The notes under the pieces were generated by a model. The model ran no database searches, was not told the DNA's origin, and saw nothing but the letters and a program-made list of their open reading frames with translations. The translations under genes were made by a program, and so were the position numbers. Source: Candidatus Bathyarchaeota archaeon (GTDB lineage Archaea; Thermoproteota; Bathyarchaeia; Bathyarchaeales; Bathycorpusculaceae). Taken from it: a stretch of DNA of 64,000 bases. Below are positions 1 to 9,833 of the stretch, piece by piece. How positions within the stretch are numbered: the first letter of the stretch is position 1; each line of letters starts with the position of its first letter. The DNA lies in NCBI GenBank assembly GCA_963772455.1, contig CAVYXJ010000010.1, positions 32,001 to 96,000 of the forward strand, written 5' to 3'.

Positions 1-36
1 CTATGAGAATGATGTGGCACGTTTGGAGAAATAAAT

Positions 37-675
37 TTGTCTTCCAAAACAAAACACGTACGCGATAAGTGGCGAGGCAAATCCTGGTATATGGTAGTTG
101 CGCCATCGTTCTTTGGTAACATAGAGTTAGGTTCGATACCTGCCCAAGACGAAAAAATGATGATCGGCAGAGTTGTCGAAGCAACCCTATATGACATTAC
201 AGGTGACTTTTCTCATCATTACTTGAAAATGTTCTTCCAGATAAACGAGGTTGACGGTAAATCCGCCAAGACACTCTTTAAAGGACATGAATACTCAAGA
301 GATTACCTTCGCAGCTTAGTTAGAAGAAGAACCACCAAAGTTGACGGATTATTCAACTTAACCACAAAAGACGGCTACAAACTCCGCATTTCAGTTTCAG
401 CCCTTACACTTTCAAGAATAAAGACTTCACAAGAAAAAATCATTCGCACCATGATGGAAAAGACAATCAAGGAAAAAGCCCTTGCATTGACACTTGACCA
501 ATTCGTTCAAGAAATGGTCCTTGGAAAAATCGCTTCAGACATCTACAACCAAGCCAAACTCGTAGCACCACTAAGACACGTCGGAATCAGAAAATCCAAA
601 TTAATCGCAGCACCAGCAAAACTGCCAGAAGCACCAATAGTAGCAGAACCAGCACCAGTTGCAGCTCCAGCATAA
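37..675 (+). CDS. rps3ae: 30S ribosomal protein S3Ae (eS1)
   Basis: RDKWRGKSWY..APSFFG, GRVVEATLYDITGD and DYLRSLVRRRTTKVD motifs; TTG start; Pro/Ala-rich C-terminal tail. Confidence 0.97.
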   Translation: MSSKTKHVRDKWRGKSWYMVVAPSFFGNIELGSIPAQDEKMMIGRVVEATLYDITGDFSHHYLKMFFQINEVDGKSAKTLFKGHEYSRDYLRSLVRRRTTKVDGLFNLTTKDGYKLRISVSALTLSRIKTSQEKIIRTMMEKTIKEKALALTLDQFVQEMVLGKIASDIYNQAKLVAPLRHVGIRKSKLIAAPAKLPEAPIVAEPAPVAAPA

Positions 676-682
676 CCACAAA

Positions 683-710
683 ATTTCTTTATTTCTTATT
701 TCTTTATTTT
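683..710 (+). terminator. U-rich archaeal intrinsic terminator candidate after rps3ae
   Basis: ATTTCTTTATTTCTTATTTCTTTATTTT directly after the stop codon. Confidence 0.5.
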
Positions 711-768
711 AACCGTAACAGTTTTAGATATCCGAATTTAGTATTTTCTAATTGGGAGAACGTAAGTT

Positions 769-1230
769 TTGACCAATGCTGATGTTCATGAAAAAGGAAC
801 CTTCAATGCCCAAGACGTCATAAACAACATCAAAAAAGACCCCAACTACTCGAAAGCAGGAGCCATAGCATTATTCATTGGCGTTGTGCGAGGAGAAACT
901 TTTGAAAATGAAAAAGTTGAAAAACTCATCATCGAAGGATATGAGGAAAAAGCTAAAGAAGTTTTAACAAAAATAAGCAACGATTTGGTTCAAAAACACG
1001 GAATAGTTAATGTTCAAATTCACCATTTGCTGGGCAAATTCAACGTAGGCGACGACTTAGTTTACGTGGCTGTTGCAGGAGCTCACAGAACCGACGTTTT
1101 TCCTGTGCTCAGGGAAGCCGTTGAAAGGTACAAGAGTGAAGCCCCCGTTTTCAAAAAAGAATGCATAACCGACAAAAAAGGCTCACCTTCGGAGTATTGG
1201 GTTTCTGAGAAAGAAGGACACGATCATTAG
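769..1230 (+). CDS. moaE: Molybdopterin synthase catalytic subunit MoaE
   Basis: GAIALFIGVVR, HHLLG..VGD..VYVAVAGAHR and K.EAPVFKKE motifs. Confidence 0.93.
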   Translation: MTNADVHEKGTFNAQDVINNIKKDPNYSKAGAIALFIGVVRGETFENEKVEKLIIEGYEEKAKEVLTKISNDLVQKHGIVNVQIHHLLGKFNVGDDLVYVAVAGAHRTDVFPVLREAVERYKSEAPVFKKECITDKKGSPSEYWVSEKEGHDH

Positions 1231-1247
1231 TATTTTGGTGAACTATT

Positions 1248-2165
1248 GTGATTGCGGCTTTAGCTGGTGGAGTAGGAGCAGCCAGATTTCTAACAGGCTT
1301 AATAAAAATTGTCAATGAAGAAGATTTATCGGTTATCGTGAACACAGGCGATGACATAGAACTATTTGGGCTACACATTTCACCCGACATCGATATTGTC
1401 ACTTATACGTTGGCTGGAATTGTTGACGAAGCTAAGGGGTGGGGAGTTTTGGGTGATACGTTCCGATGCCTTGAAATGCTCAAAGCCCATGGATTGGACA
1501 CATGGTTTGGCTTGGGCGATAGAGATTTAGCAACCCATCTTTACCGAACAGAAGGTTTAAAAAAAGGGTACACACTGACGCAAATTTCCAAAGAGATTTC
1601 AAGCGTTTTAGGTGTTAAAACCAACATTTTACCCATGACTGATGACTTCTTCGAAACGAGGGTGAGAACAAGAGAAGGCTCAATTCATTTTGAAGAATAT
1701 TTTGTTCGAAAGCAAGCAAAAGATGAGGTTTTAGGCGTTGAGTTTATGGGTGCTACGACTGCAAAACCTGCACCAGGAGTTTTGAATGCAATATTAAATG
1801 CAGAAACTGTTGTTGTTTGTCCAAGCAACCCCATTGTCAGCATTGGAACTATTTTGGCGGTTGAAGGGGTGAGAGATGCTTTGAAGCGAACTAATGCAAA
1901 GGTAATAGGGATTAGCCCTATTGTTGCTGGCACAACCATTAAGGGTCCTGCAGACAAGATGTTGCGTGGATTAGGCATTGAAGTTTCAGCGTATGGTGTT
2001 GCAAAAATCTATTCTGATTTTCTCGATGTTTTTATCATAGATACTAAAGATGCTGGATCGAAAAGCAGAGTTGAAAAACTTGGAATCAAAGTGAAAGTGA
2101 CTAATACTGTGATGACGAGTTTAGAAGATAAGATTGCGTTGGCGAAGGCTGTTTTTGAAAATTAA
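1248..2165 (+). CDS. cofD: 2-phospho-L-lactate transferase (F420 biosynthesis)
   Basis: LAGGVGAARF, NTGDD..GLHISPDID, WFGLGDRDLATH, PSNPIVSIG and GPADKML motifs. Confidence 0.95.
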   Translation: MIAALAGGVGAARFLTGLIKIVNEEDLSVIVNTGDDIELFGLHISPDIDIVTYTLAGIVDEAKGWGVLGDTFRCLEMLKAHGLDTWFGLGDRDLATHLYRTEGLKKGYTLTQISKEISSVLGVKTNILPMTDDFFETRVRTREGSIHFEEYFVRKQAKDEVLGVEFMGATTAKPAPGVLNAILNAETVVVCPSNPIVSIGTILAVEGVRDALKRTNAKVIGISPIVAGTTIKGPADKMLRGLGIEVSAYGVAKIYSDFLDVFIIDTKDAGSKSRVEKLGIKVKVTNTVMTSLEDKIALAKAVFEN

Positions 2166-2488
2166 TTATCTAAATAAACTATAACGATATCTATAGATTA
2201 TGAAGATATTCTAAATATAACATAGTAACCTAAGTGTTTTTGTCTTTCAGCCAAAATGATGAATTGTTTGAGGGAAAATTATTGAAAAGAAAAACAAATA
2301 GTAAAAAGCTAACAAAAGTTGAAAAAGCCGATTTTTTGGATTGGCTCTTAGCGATTGATGTTTGCTTAATCTGAAAAGAAAAGTTTGAAAGAAAAAACAC
2401 ATGTGTAAAAGTGTTAGTGAAAGTCATATTAAGAGAAGGGTTATATTTGCAAATGGGAATAATTAGTTAATACTTGGAGATGCTGTGA

Positions 2489-3157
2489 GTGGAGAAAAAA
2501 AGTTACGATTGGTTTGAGCAACGCCGCAAAACCAGAGGATTAGAATTGGCTCACGATCAAATAACTAAGGCTTTTGATACAGTTACGTGGCTGCATAAAG
2601 CAACCAAAAGTTTTGCTGAGAATAATGTTAAGGAATCCCAGAAGTACATTGAAAACCTCTACAAAGCAGAAGAGGAAGTTGACTTGCTTAGAACAGATGT
2701 TTTCATGGAGTTATCTAAGGGAGCAGCATTAGTCGCTGATTACCGTGAAGACCTCTTGCACTTGGTTAAACGCCTAGATACGTTAGCTGACCACACCAAA
2801 GATGCAGCCCGATGCATTGAAATGTTAGGTGACGCTGAAATTCCTCAGGAGCTTTCTCAAAAGACTGTTTTTATGACGGGAAAGCTTGTTGAAATAGCTC
2901 AAGCCTTAAGAGGTAGCATAGAAAAAATCTCATCTAACCCTAACGAAGCCATAAAAGAAGCCAAAGCAGTTGGAGAAATAGAGCATTCAATTGATGTTGA
3001 ATATCTCAAAGCCAAAAGCCTATTCGTTAAATACGGTGCAAACATCAACTGCGGAGCCATGGTAATTTTTGATGACTTAGTTGAATTCATCGAACAAGCT
3101 GCAGATATGTGCGCTGATACAGCAGACTACATCATTGTTCTCTCAAGTAGAGAATAA
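2489..3157 (+). CDS. DUF47 / PhoU-like phosphate transport regulator
   Basis: Two helical repeats with EEEVD..R, REDLLHLVKRLDTLAD and EQAADMCADTAD. Confidence 0.85.
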   Translation: MEKKSYDWFEQRRKTRGLELAHDQITKAFDTVTWLHKATKSFAENNVKESQKYIENLYKAEEEVDLLRTDVFMELSKGAALVADYREDLLHLVKRLDTLADHTKDAARCIEMLGDAEIPQELSQKTVFMTGKLVEIAQALRGSIEKISSNPNEAIKEAKAVGEIEHSIDVEYLKAKSLFVKYGANINCGAMVIFDDLVEFIEQAADMCADTADYIIVLSSRE

Positions 3158-3380
3158 TTAACAATCTTCCTTTTAATGAAGCAATCATTGGAACATGCTG
3201 ACGGTAGTTTGTTTGCAAAACTTTTTATTTTTTAATGGCAGAGTTGCATTTTTGAAGAATTAAGAAATAGTAATTCAGAATTTAACAAAATAGCCAGCGA
3301 AATCTGAGAAATTAACTCTATAGACACATTCTAAGCGAGCATGAATCACCCAACGGAAAAGAGTATTTTAGAGGTATAGT

Positions 3381-3458
3381 TGGTGCTCCGGCCGGGATTC
3401 GGACCCGGGTCGCCGACTCGAAAGGCCAGTATACTTGACCGGACTATACTACCGGAGC
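3381..3458 (-). tRNA. tRNA-Glu (TTC), CCA encoded
   Basis: Reverse complement GCTCCGG TAGTATAGTCCGGTCAAGTATA CTGGC CT TTC GA GTCGG CGAC CCGGG TCCGAAT CCCGG CCGGAGC A CCA folds as a cloverleaf. Confidence 0.93.
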
Positions 3459-3537
3459 GCTTTTTACAATAAAGCATCAACCAGAATGTTTTTTCCCTCG
3501 AATAAACCTTACCCTTCTATAACCATACTTCAGTTAA

Positions 3538-4047
3538 CTATCTTGTTGGCTTGGGTTTTTTTGGAGTAAACAAATGGGCAGTTATTTGCTCGACAAGTTT
3601 AGTTTGTGTGACCGATATCTTTTCCAGGTCTTGGATTCTTTTTTCGAGATCGTTTGACATAATTTTACCTTCAATGCGGTTTGCGCTACGGAACATAAGT
3701 AACATCTTGAAAACTTCATCGATGGCTCTTTGCTGTTCCTCGGAAGACGCAGGTTTTGTACCGGCGATGACGGATAAAAGCTCAACGTAATGCTCTTTGA
3801 TTTTTAGTTCAGCATTTACTGAAGGGTCAGTTGGGAACGCAATGCTCAATGGAGTCTTTTTTGAAAGTTCAGCAGCCGTTGGGAAACGGATGATTATGTC
3901 TCCTCGAATCCATGAAGAAATAAACTCTGAAACAAAGCGGTGAATATCTTTTTCTGAATAGAGCAAAGATGACTCCGGCTTTGGCTCAGGTTTTCTTTTG
4001 ATTCGTACACTTATTATTTTTTTGTCGTCTGCATTATCCTTGAACAT
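3538..4047 (-). CDS. Hypothetical protein with C-terminal coiled coil
   Basis: 169-aa ORF with ATG and upstream AAGGGA; LEKRIQDLEK heptads; no family recognised. Confidence 0.65.
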   Translation of the reverse strand: MFKDNADDKKIISVRIKRKPEPKPESSLLYSEKDIHRFVSEFISSWIRGDIIIRFPTAAELSKKTPLSIAFPTDPSVNAELKIKEHYVELLSVIAGTKPASSEEQQRAIDEVFKMLLMFRSANRIEGKIMSNDLEKRIQDLEKISVTQTKLVEQITAHLFTPKKPKPTR

Positions 4048-4132
4048 TTAGTTCCCTTCTATACGTTGTCTAATCGTTCTCTGTTTGTTTGCTTAAGCAA
4101 CACCTAGTATTTAAGAAAAAGATTATTTTAGT

Positions 4133-5413
4133 TTAGAAAGAAATTTTTGCTCCTGAAGGAATCTTGCCCAAAATCTTCGCCGTTGCTTTCTCCACCTTTG
4201 TCCTGTCTGCTTCCGAAGTGTAGACGCGCAGGATATTCATGAAACCTTTGAGGGTTTCAAAAATCTTGGAGCTTTCACTTAACCGCTCAAGCTTCTTTTC
4301 GCCACCTGGGCTTCTTGTGAAGACTGGAATTTCCGTTGATTCCATGAGTACTGCATGGTGATAGGGTACAGATGGCACCGTTGGCACATCAATTATAACA
4401 GAATCTAACTCGACTCCTGCCTCTCTGGCGATTTCACTCTGCACCTGCCGCCTGTACGTTTCGCGACCGAATAAATTGGATATCATGGCGTCTTTCTCGT
4501 AGAAAGTCCGTTCGTAAGCGCATTTGAGCATGCGCCGATTTTCCAAGTTGCTAATGATTTCGTTGGATGCTTTGCATTTTCTGAGTGCTGCCCATACAGT
4601 GTAATCGTCCAGCGCCATGTATTCTTCAGGTGTTTTGAAGGCGGTTAATCCCAATTCTTGGTTTGCTTTATCCATAGCGGTTGCTAGCATGATTTGTGCG
4701 GCTCTTCCAACACGATGGAAATAAATACTTTTAAATGATTCAATTCTTGCAATAACGAAAGCTTCTAAAGCGGACAACGCCCCTAATTCGACGGCTAAGT
4801 TTTCGCCCAATACATCAAGTGCATGAATTAGGCGGTAAACATCTATGAAACCATATTCGGCGCCCGTATGATAAGTATCTCGTACTATGAAGTCTTGTTT
4901 GTCAACGTCCACGGCGCTGCTTATTATTTGATCTAGGAACGCCCGATCTTTTTTATGCAACCTCCCCACAGCTAACCCGGCGACTTCCTTTGAGTTAAAG
5001 CCCATCTTGGATAATTTTTCGCTGACTTCACTCTTTTCTATAATCCATGACGTGATATCTTCGTGGGTTTTTTCAAGGTCCTTGATTAACAGTTGCTCAA
5101 AGACATGTGAGAAAGGTCCATGTCCACAATCGTGCAGGAGCGCCGAAATCCGGCACATATCCACTTCTTCATCGTTGACAATGCGTGAAATATTCGGGTT
5201 TTCCAAAACATGACCAGCAAGGTACATTACCCCTAGGCAATGTTCAAAGCGTGTGTGGTTAGCACCCGGATAAACGTATTCTGAGCCTGCCAACTGCCTT
5301 AGCCTACGTAGTCGCTGCATTGGATAAGTATCGATGACGTTTTTTTCTGCTTCAGTAATGTACACGTAGCCGTGTACAGGATCTTTAATTTCTCCCCAGT
5401 AAGCCTTGGGCAC
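4133..5413 (-). CDS. HD-domain phosphohydrolase (dNTP triphosphohydrolase / SAMHD1-like)
   Basis: IKDPVHGY, QRLRRLRQL, YPGANHTRFEHCLG, LLHDCGHGPFSH and DVDKQDFIVRD motifs. Confidence 0.92.
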   Translation of the reverse strand: MPKAYWGEIKDPVHGYVYITEAEKNVIDTYPMQRLRRLRQLAGSEYVYPGANHTRFEHCLGVMYLAGHVLENPNISRIVNDEEVDMCRISALLHDCGHGPFSHVFEQLLIKDLEKTHEDITSWIIEKSEVSEKLSKMGFNSKEVAGLAVGRLHKKDRAFLDQIISSAVDVDKQDFIVRDTYHTGAEYGFIDVYRLIHALDVLGENLAVELGALSALEAFVIARIESFKSIYFHRVGRAAQIMLATAMDKANQELGLTAFKTPEEYMALDDYTVWAALRKCKASNEIISNLENRRMLKCAYERTFYEKDAMISNLFGRETYRRQVQSEIAREAGVELDSVIIDVPTVPSVPYHHAVLMESTEIPVFTRSPGGEKKLERLSESSKIFETLKGFMNILRVYTSEADRTKVEKATAKILGKIPSGAKISF

Positions 5414-5483
5414 ACACTCAGCCTCACAGTCGGTTAGTTATATTTATGTAACTTCCTATAATGTGTAACGCTAACTAGCTGAG

Positions 5484-6104
5484 TTGACAAATATGGGTAA
5501 GAAAGGCATCTTCATAGTAATCGAAGGTTTAGATGGAAGCGGAAAAACTACCCAGGCAAAATTCCTTTCAAAAAAACTCGAGAAAACTCACAAAGTACTA
5601 ATAACTGCAGAGCCCAGCCTCGGAAAAATCGGAACCTTCATCCGTGAAGATTGTCTATATGAAAACAAACGTTTACTAACCGAAGCAGAAGCCCTTCTTT
5701 TCGCCGCAGACCGCATCGAACACATGTACAGTGAAGTAAAACCGGCTTTGGAAGATGGAAAGCTGGTGATATGCGACCGCTATATCTACTCATCTTTGGC
5801 TTACCAGGGCAGTGCAGGTTTAAGTTTGGATTGGATAAAAACAATCAATGCACGCGCTCTGCAACCTGATTTCAGCATTTTTATCGATGTGTCTCCAGAG
5901 AAAGTAATTGAACGTTTGAAGCGAAAAAAGTCCGTTATGGAAACCCTTGAGACACAACAGAAAGTAAGGGAAGTTTACCTCAAATACGTAGAGAAGGGTG
6001 AGCTCATCCGAATTAATGGAGACAATCCTAAGGATGTCGTATCAGAGGAGTTGTATGCAAAGGTTTCGACTTTACTCAAGAGCGCTAAGAGTTTTGTTTC
6101 CTAA
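5484..6104 (+). CDS. tmk: Thymidylate (dTMP) kinase
   Basis: IEGLDGSGKTT P-loop, LLFAADR, DRYIYSSLAYQG; start may be ATG at 5493. Confidence 0.96.
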   Translation: MTNMGKKGIFIVIEGLDGSGKTTQAKFLSKKLEKTHKVLITAEPSLGKIGTFIREDCLYENKRLLTEAEALLFAADRIEHMYSEVKPALEDGKLVICDRYIYSSLAYQGSAGLSLDWIKTINARALQPDFSIFIDVSPEKVIERLKRKKSVMETLETQQKVREVYLKYVEKGELIRINGDNPKDVVSEELYAKVSTLLKSAKSFVS

Positions 6105-6203
6105 TTAAGTTTCAACCACGTTAAACTGGCAATTAGGCATCATATTTTACCTAAAAATAAGCGGACCCTCTAAGAATTAAATTTTAAAACGAAAATGAAA
6201 GGG

Positions 6204-7316
6204 TCAGTCTTCTCTCCATTTGAACAGTTTCACTGCCAATACGAAGATAACCACTGTAATAATCCCCAGAACCGCAATGTCGATTGCTGCCCCATTAACG
6301 TTTCCGTAGACCATGGCGTTGTTTAAGCCTTCTGTAACGTAAAATAGTGGCAGGACATGGGCGAACGTTTGCAGGTATTGTGGCATGCTGCTGATTGGGA
6401 AGAAGGTACCTGCGAGGAACATCATGGGGAACGTTACGATGTTGCCTATGACACCTGCGGTTTCAGGGTTCTTTGTCACTGTACCAACTAGCATACCTAA
6501 TGCTGCAAAAAGCATTGGACCCAAGACCAAAAAGGGAATTAACCATGGCGTTATCGCAACGTGTGCATCGAAAGCAAAGATTCCCACGCCAACCATCAAC
6601 AAAAAGCCAGCGATCGTCAAAACAATATACCATATCATTTTGGAAGCTAGCCACTCCATTTTTGTGAGCGGTGTAAGAGAAAGTTGCTTGAACAACTTTG
6701 TCTTCTTGTATTCTGAAGAAATGTTGACTAAAGAGAACATGGGGCTTGTGAGTATTGAGAACCCAATTAAGCCTGGAATCAAGAAGTCAATATATTTTGT
6801 CTGCTGAGTATTCACGGTTGCAGATGTTAAGCCTATCACCGATGTGCCGTTGAAGCGTTGGAGATTGAAGTAATTGGCGTATCCACCAACCGTTCCGGCT
6901 ACGATACCACTTGTGCTTGAAGTTGGGTTACCATAAACTGTAATGTTTACTTGCTGGCTTATTGCATAGTCTAAGGTGAAGTTCTTAGGAATCAGTATGC
7001 CATCAGAAGCTGAATGATCCGCCAGGTACTTTGTAAAATTCTCAGAAGTATCTACCGTTATCACCGTTATTGTACTGGATTTGTTAAGTGCTTCAAGAAA
7101 ACCTGTTCCAAGATTTTGTCCTGAGGGAAATGGTCCTGTATCAAGATTTTGAGCATAGACATTTACAGTTCCAGCACTACCTCCAGCGAAGATTGCCCCG
7201 AAAATCAAAATCAAGATTACTGGAAAGACCAAGCCGAAGAATAACCCAAACTTGTTTCTAAGGTATCCGCGGCTGAAGACTTTGAAGTCAGAGTATATTC
7301 GTTTTCCACTTACCAT
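6204..7316 (-). CDS. ABC-2 type exporter permease
   Basis: N-terminal TM, extracellular loop, then YIDFLIPGLIG and FLAGTFFPISSMP..LQ....LPL. Confidence 0.9.
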   Translation of the reverse strand: MVSGKRIYSDFKVFSRGYLRNKFGLFFGLVFPVILILIFGAIFAGGSAGTVNVYAQNLDTGPFPSGQNLGTGFLEALNKSSTITVITVDTSENFTKYLADHSASDGILIPKNFTLDYAISQQVNITVYGNPTSSTSGIVAGTVGGYANYFNLQRFNGTSVIGLTSATVNTQQTKYIDFLIPGLIGFSILTSPMFSLVNISSEYKKTKLFKQLSLTPLTKMEWLASKMIWYIVLTIAGFLLMVGVGIFAFDAHVAITPWLIPFLVLGPMLFAALGMLVGTVTKNPETAGVIGNIVTFPMMFLAGTFFPISSMPQYLQTFAHVLPLFYVTEGLNNAMVYGNVNGAAIDIAVLGIITVVIFVLAVKLFKWRED

Positions 7317-7318
7317 CT

Positions 7319-8278
7319 TTAGCGCCTCCGTTTCTTGCCGGTTTTCTTTTCGGATGTTGCTTCTCCTTGTTCACCGACCGGTTCGTTAACGAGTTTAACA
7401 AAAACATCGTCTAAACTGTCTTGTCGAGTTTGGATATCGCCCCATTCCAAACCTGATTGCTCAGCAGCCGCCAACGCCGCGAGTGCATCAATTTTCTTCT
7501 TCAACGGTATGGTTACTTCACCTTTGGCTTTGTCGTAGTCGACTTGCAAATCAGTGTTTGACCTTATGTAGTCGGCTAGTTTCTCGCTTCCATGAATCTC
7601 TAAGCGTTCTCCTGAGCCATGCTGTTGAATGATTTCTTCAGTAGTTCCCATGGCTACTATGTGACCGTGGTCCATGATTGCTACTCGGTCAGCGAGTTGC
7701 TGCGCCTCGTCAAGGTAATGGGTGGTTAAAATGATAGTTTTTCCTTTAGCCTTTAATCCGCGTATTACTTCCCAAATCGCTCTTCTTGCGTTTGGGTCCA
7801 ATCCTGTAGTGGGTTCATCGAGGAAGAGTAATTCAGGCGAATTTACCAATGATAGGGCAAGACCAGTTTTTTGTTTCTGTCCCCCTGATAAGCTGTCGAA
7901 ATTAACTTTGGCGGATTCACTTAGTAAAACTTCCTTCAAAATCTCATCTGGATTAACTTTTACGTTGAATAGATCAGCGTAATAGATGATAGCTTCTCTA
8001 GGAGTGGTTTTCTCAAAGAATGTAAATTCTTGCGGAATAACCCCGATTTTCTTGTGAAGCTCATAACCATTTTTCCATGGGTCAAAACCGAGAACTTTCA
8101 CGTCTCCGCCATCTCTTTCACGCAAACCCTCCATTATTTCTATTGTTGTAGTTTTGCCTGCGCCGTTTGGACCAAGTAGTCCGAAGACTTCACCTTGGTT
8201 AACTTTGAAGGAGATACAATCTACTGCTTTTAAATCGCCGTAGTTCTTTTTTAGGGATGATACTTCAATCGAGGACAA
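7319..8278 (-). CDS. ABC exporter ATP-binding protein
   Basis: GPNGAGKTT, LSGGQKQK, LFLDEPTTGLD and TTHYLDEA. Confidence 0.96.
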   Translation of the reverse strand: MSSIEVSSLKKNYGDLKAVDCISFKVNQGEVFGLLGPNGAGKTTTIEIMEGLRERDGGDVKVLGFDPWKNGYELHKKIGVIPQEFTFFEKTTPREAIIYYADLFNVKVNPDEILKEVLLSESAKVNFDSLSGGQKQKTGLALSLVNSPELLFLDEPTTGLDPNARRAIWEVIRGLKAKGKTIILTTHYLDEAQQLADRVAIMDHGHIVAMGTTEEIIQQHGSGERLEIHGSEKLADYIRSNTDLQVDYDKAKGEVTIPLKKKIDALAALAAAEQSGLEWGDIQTRQDSLDDVFVKLVNEPVGEQGEATSEKKTGKKRRR

Positions 8279-8381
8279 ACCATGATAGCTCCATTTAGCT
8301 TGTAAGATGCAGTCTTTTCTAAATTATAACCTGCAAGAAATATAACTTTCGGCGATGAAATAGGTATTAATTGGTTTTTTC

Positions 8382-8918
8382 TCAGCCATGGCTGACTTTC
8401 TTGAGAGCTTTCTTATTTTTACTACTTGGCGTTTCATTTATTTTATTAAAAATAAACGCAGTCAACTCTTCTGGCGAAATATATCTGGGTCCACGTTCGT
8501 GAAAAACCTGAACCTCAAAAATATCTTTGCTAAAGACAGTTCTCAGCATATAATAATCAAACTTTAAAGGAGACCTGTTTTCACCTGAGCCCTTGTAATA
8601 ACGAATGGAACAGAAAAAATCTATCGAAGGCAAAGTCTCTTTTGCCAAAAACTTGGTTGTTTTTTTGAGTATCTCGTTATCAATATAATTGAAATCCCCT
8701 GATTCCGCTATTCCAAACTCGAAAATTATGGTGCCCTGCGGTACAGTTGGGTTGGCGACTTCTTCAAAAGTAAATTCATTGCGGTTTACCTTATGTAAAA
8801 CCTGGATTAGTTTTTGCTGAAGTTGCTTGTTTGTGAGTGTTGAAGTGAAACTGTCAATTCTGTGGATATTTGAGGGGAAATTCTGGTAAGAACCTAAAGT
8901 CAAATTAGTCGGACTCAA
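8382..8918 (-). CDS. Hypothetical protein
   Basis: 178-aa ORF translationally coupled to the upstream gene by a 4-bp overlap. Confidence 0.7.
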   Translation of the reverse strand: MSPTNLTLGSYQNFPSNIHRIDSFTSTLTNKQLQQKLIQVLHKVNRNEFTFEEVANPTVPQGTIIFEFGIAESGDFNYIDNEILKKTTKFLAKETLPSIDFFCSIRYYKGSGENRSPLKFDYYMLRTVFSKDIFEVQVFHERGPRYISPEELTAFIFNKINETPSSKNKKALKKVSHG

Positions 8919-9283
8919 ATTTTCTTCATTTGCTTAATTTTTTCTACGCTGTTTAGCAGTTCCGACAATGCACAGGTTAGTTTTTGCAATTCGTCCATGT
9001 CTTCGGTTTTTTCAATCTTGCCCTGTATGCTTTGTATCTTATTCGTCAAGGTTGTTTCAAGTTTATCGAATGATGTGGTGGCAACCTCGGCTTGTTTGGG
9101 TGCTTCTTCACCTTCTTTAACAAATATCACTTTCTTGTCGTCTTTTGCGCACCAAAGAGTACCGTCTTTTAGCCTAAAGAGTGGGGATGAGCAAGCTGGG
9201 CATGAGAGATCCGTTAAAGTTGCACCTTGCACCAGCAAGTTTGCCCCTCTTTTAACAGATGAGTTATCTGGTTTTTGTTGCAT
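8915..9283 (-). CDS. UPF0148 / autoantigen-p27-like Zn-ribbon protein
   Basis: LLVQGATLTDLSCPACSSPLF...LWCAKD followed by a coiled coil. Confidence 0.85.
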   Translation of the reverse strand: MQQKPDNSSVKRGANLLVQGATLTDLSCPACSSPLFRLKDGTLWCAKDDKKVIFVKEGEEAPKQAEVATTSFDKLETTLTNKIQSIQGKIEKTEDMDELQKLTCALSELLNSVEKIKQMKKI

Positions 9284-9360
9284 TTAGAACCCCAAAGTAA
9301 ATACATATCAATGCTTATATAACTTGGTCACTGCCAAAGTGCATTAAAGGGGAATATTTT

Positions 9361-9639
9361 ATGGTGCGGAAGAAAAAATCGGATGAGTATGAAGCAAAAA
9401 TTCAGCAAGCATTAGTGGTGCTCGGAGAAGTTTCTGAAGACAGTACAACGCCACGAAACATACGCCGTTCCGCAAAAGACGCAATGAATGCCTTGCAAAG
9501 CGGAGAATATACTCCTGCAGTAAGAGCTTCAAACGCAGTGTCAATGTTGGATGAGATTTTACAAGACCCCAACATGCCACCTTATACAAGAGTTAAACTC
9601 TGGAATGTCATGAGTTTTATTGAAGCCATAAAAGACTAA
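9361..9639 (+). CDS. UPF0147 family protein
   Basis: DSTTPRNIRRSA, RASNAVSMLDEILQDPNMP.YTRVKLW. Confidence 0.92.
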   Translation: MVRKKKSDEYEAKIQQALVVLGEVSEDSTTPRNIRRSAKDAMNALQSGEYTPAVRASNAVSMLDEILQDPNMPPYTRVKLWNVMSFIEAIKD

Positions 9640-9833
9640 TCATTTTCTTTTTAAACTTTTTATTATAATCACAGTTCTTTTTGTTTAATGGGAAGTTTTT
9701 ATTTTATTAAATGTTTTTTTGACATATCTAAAAAATACTTAAAAAAATACAACTGTTGCCTGCAAGTTCAACTGCACTAAGAAATATATGCGACATATTA
9801 CATGTAGTTCTGGGTTCCAAGGGGGCAAATCCT

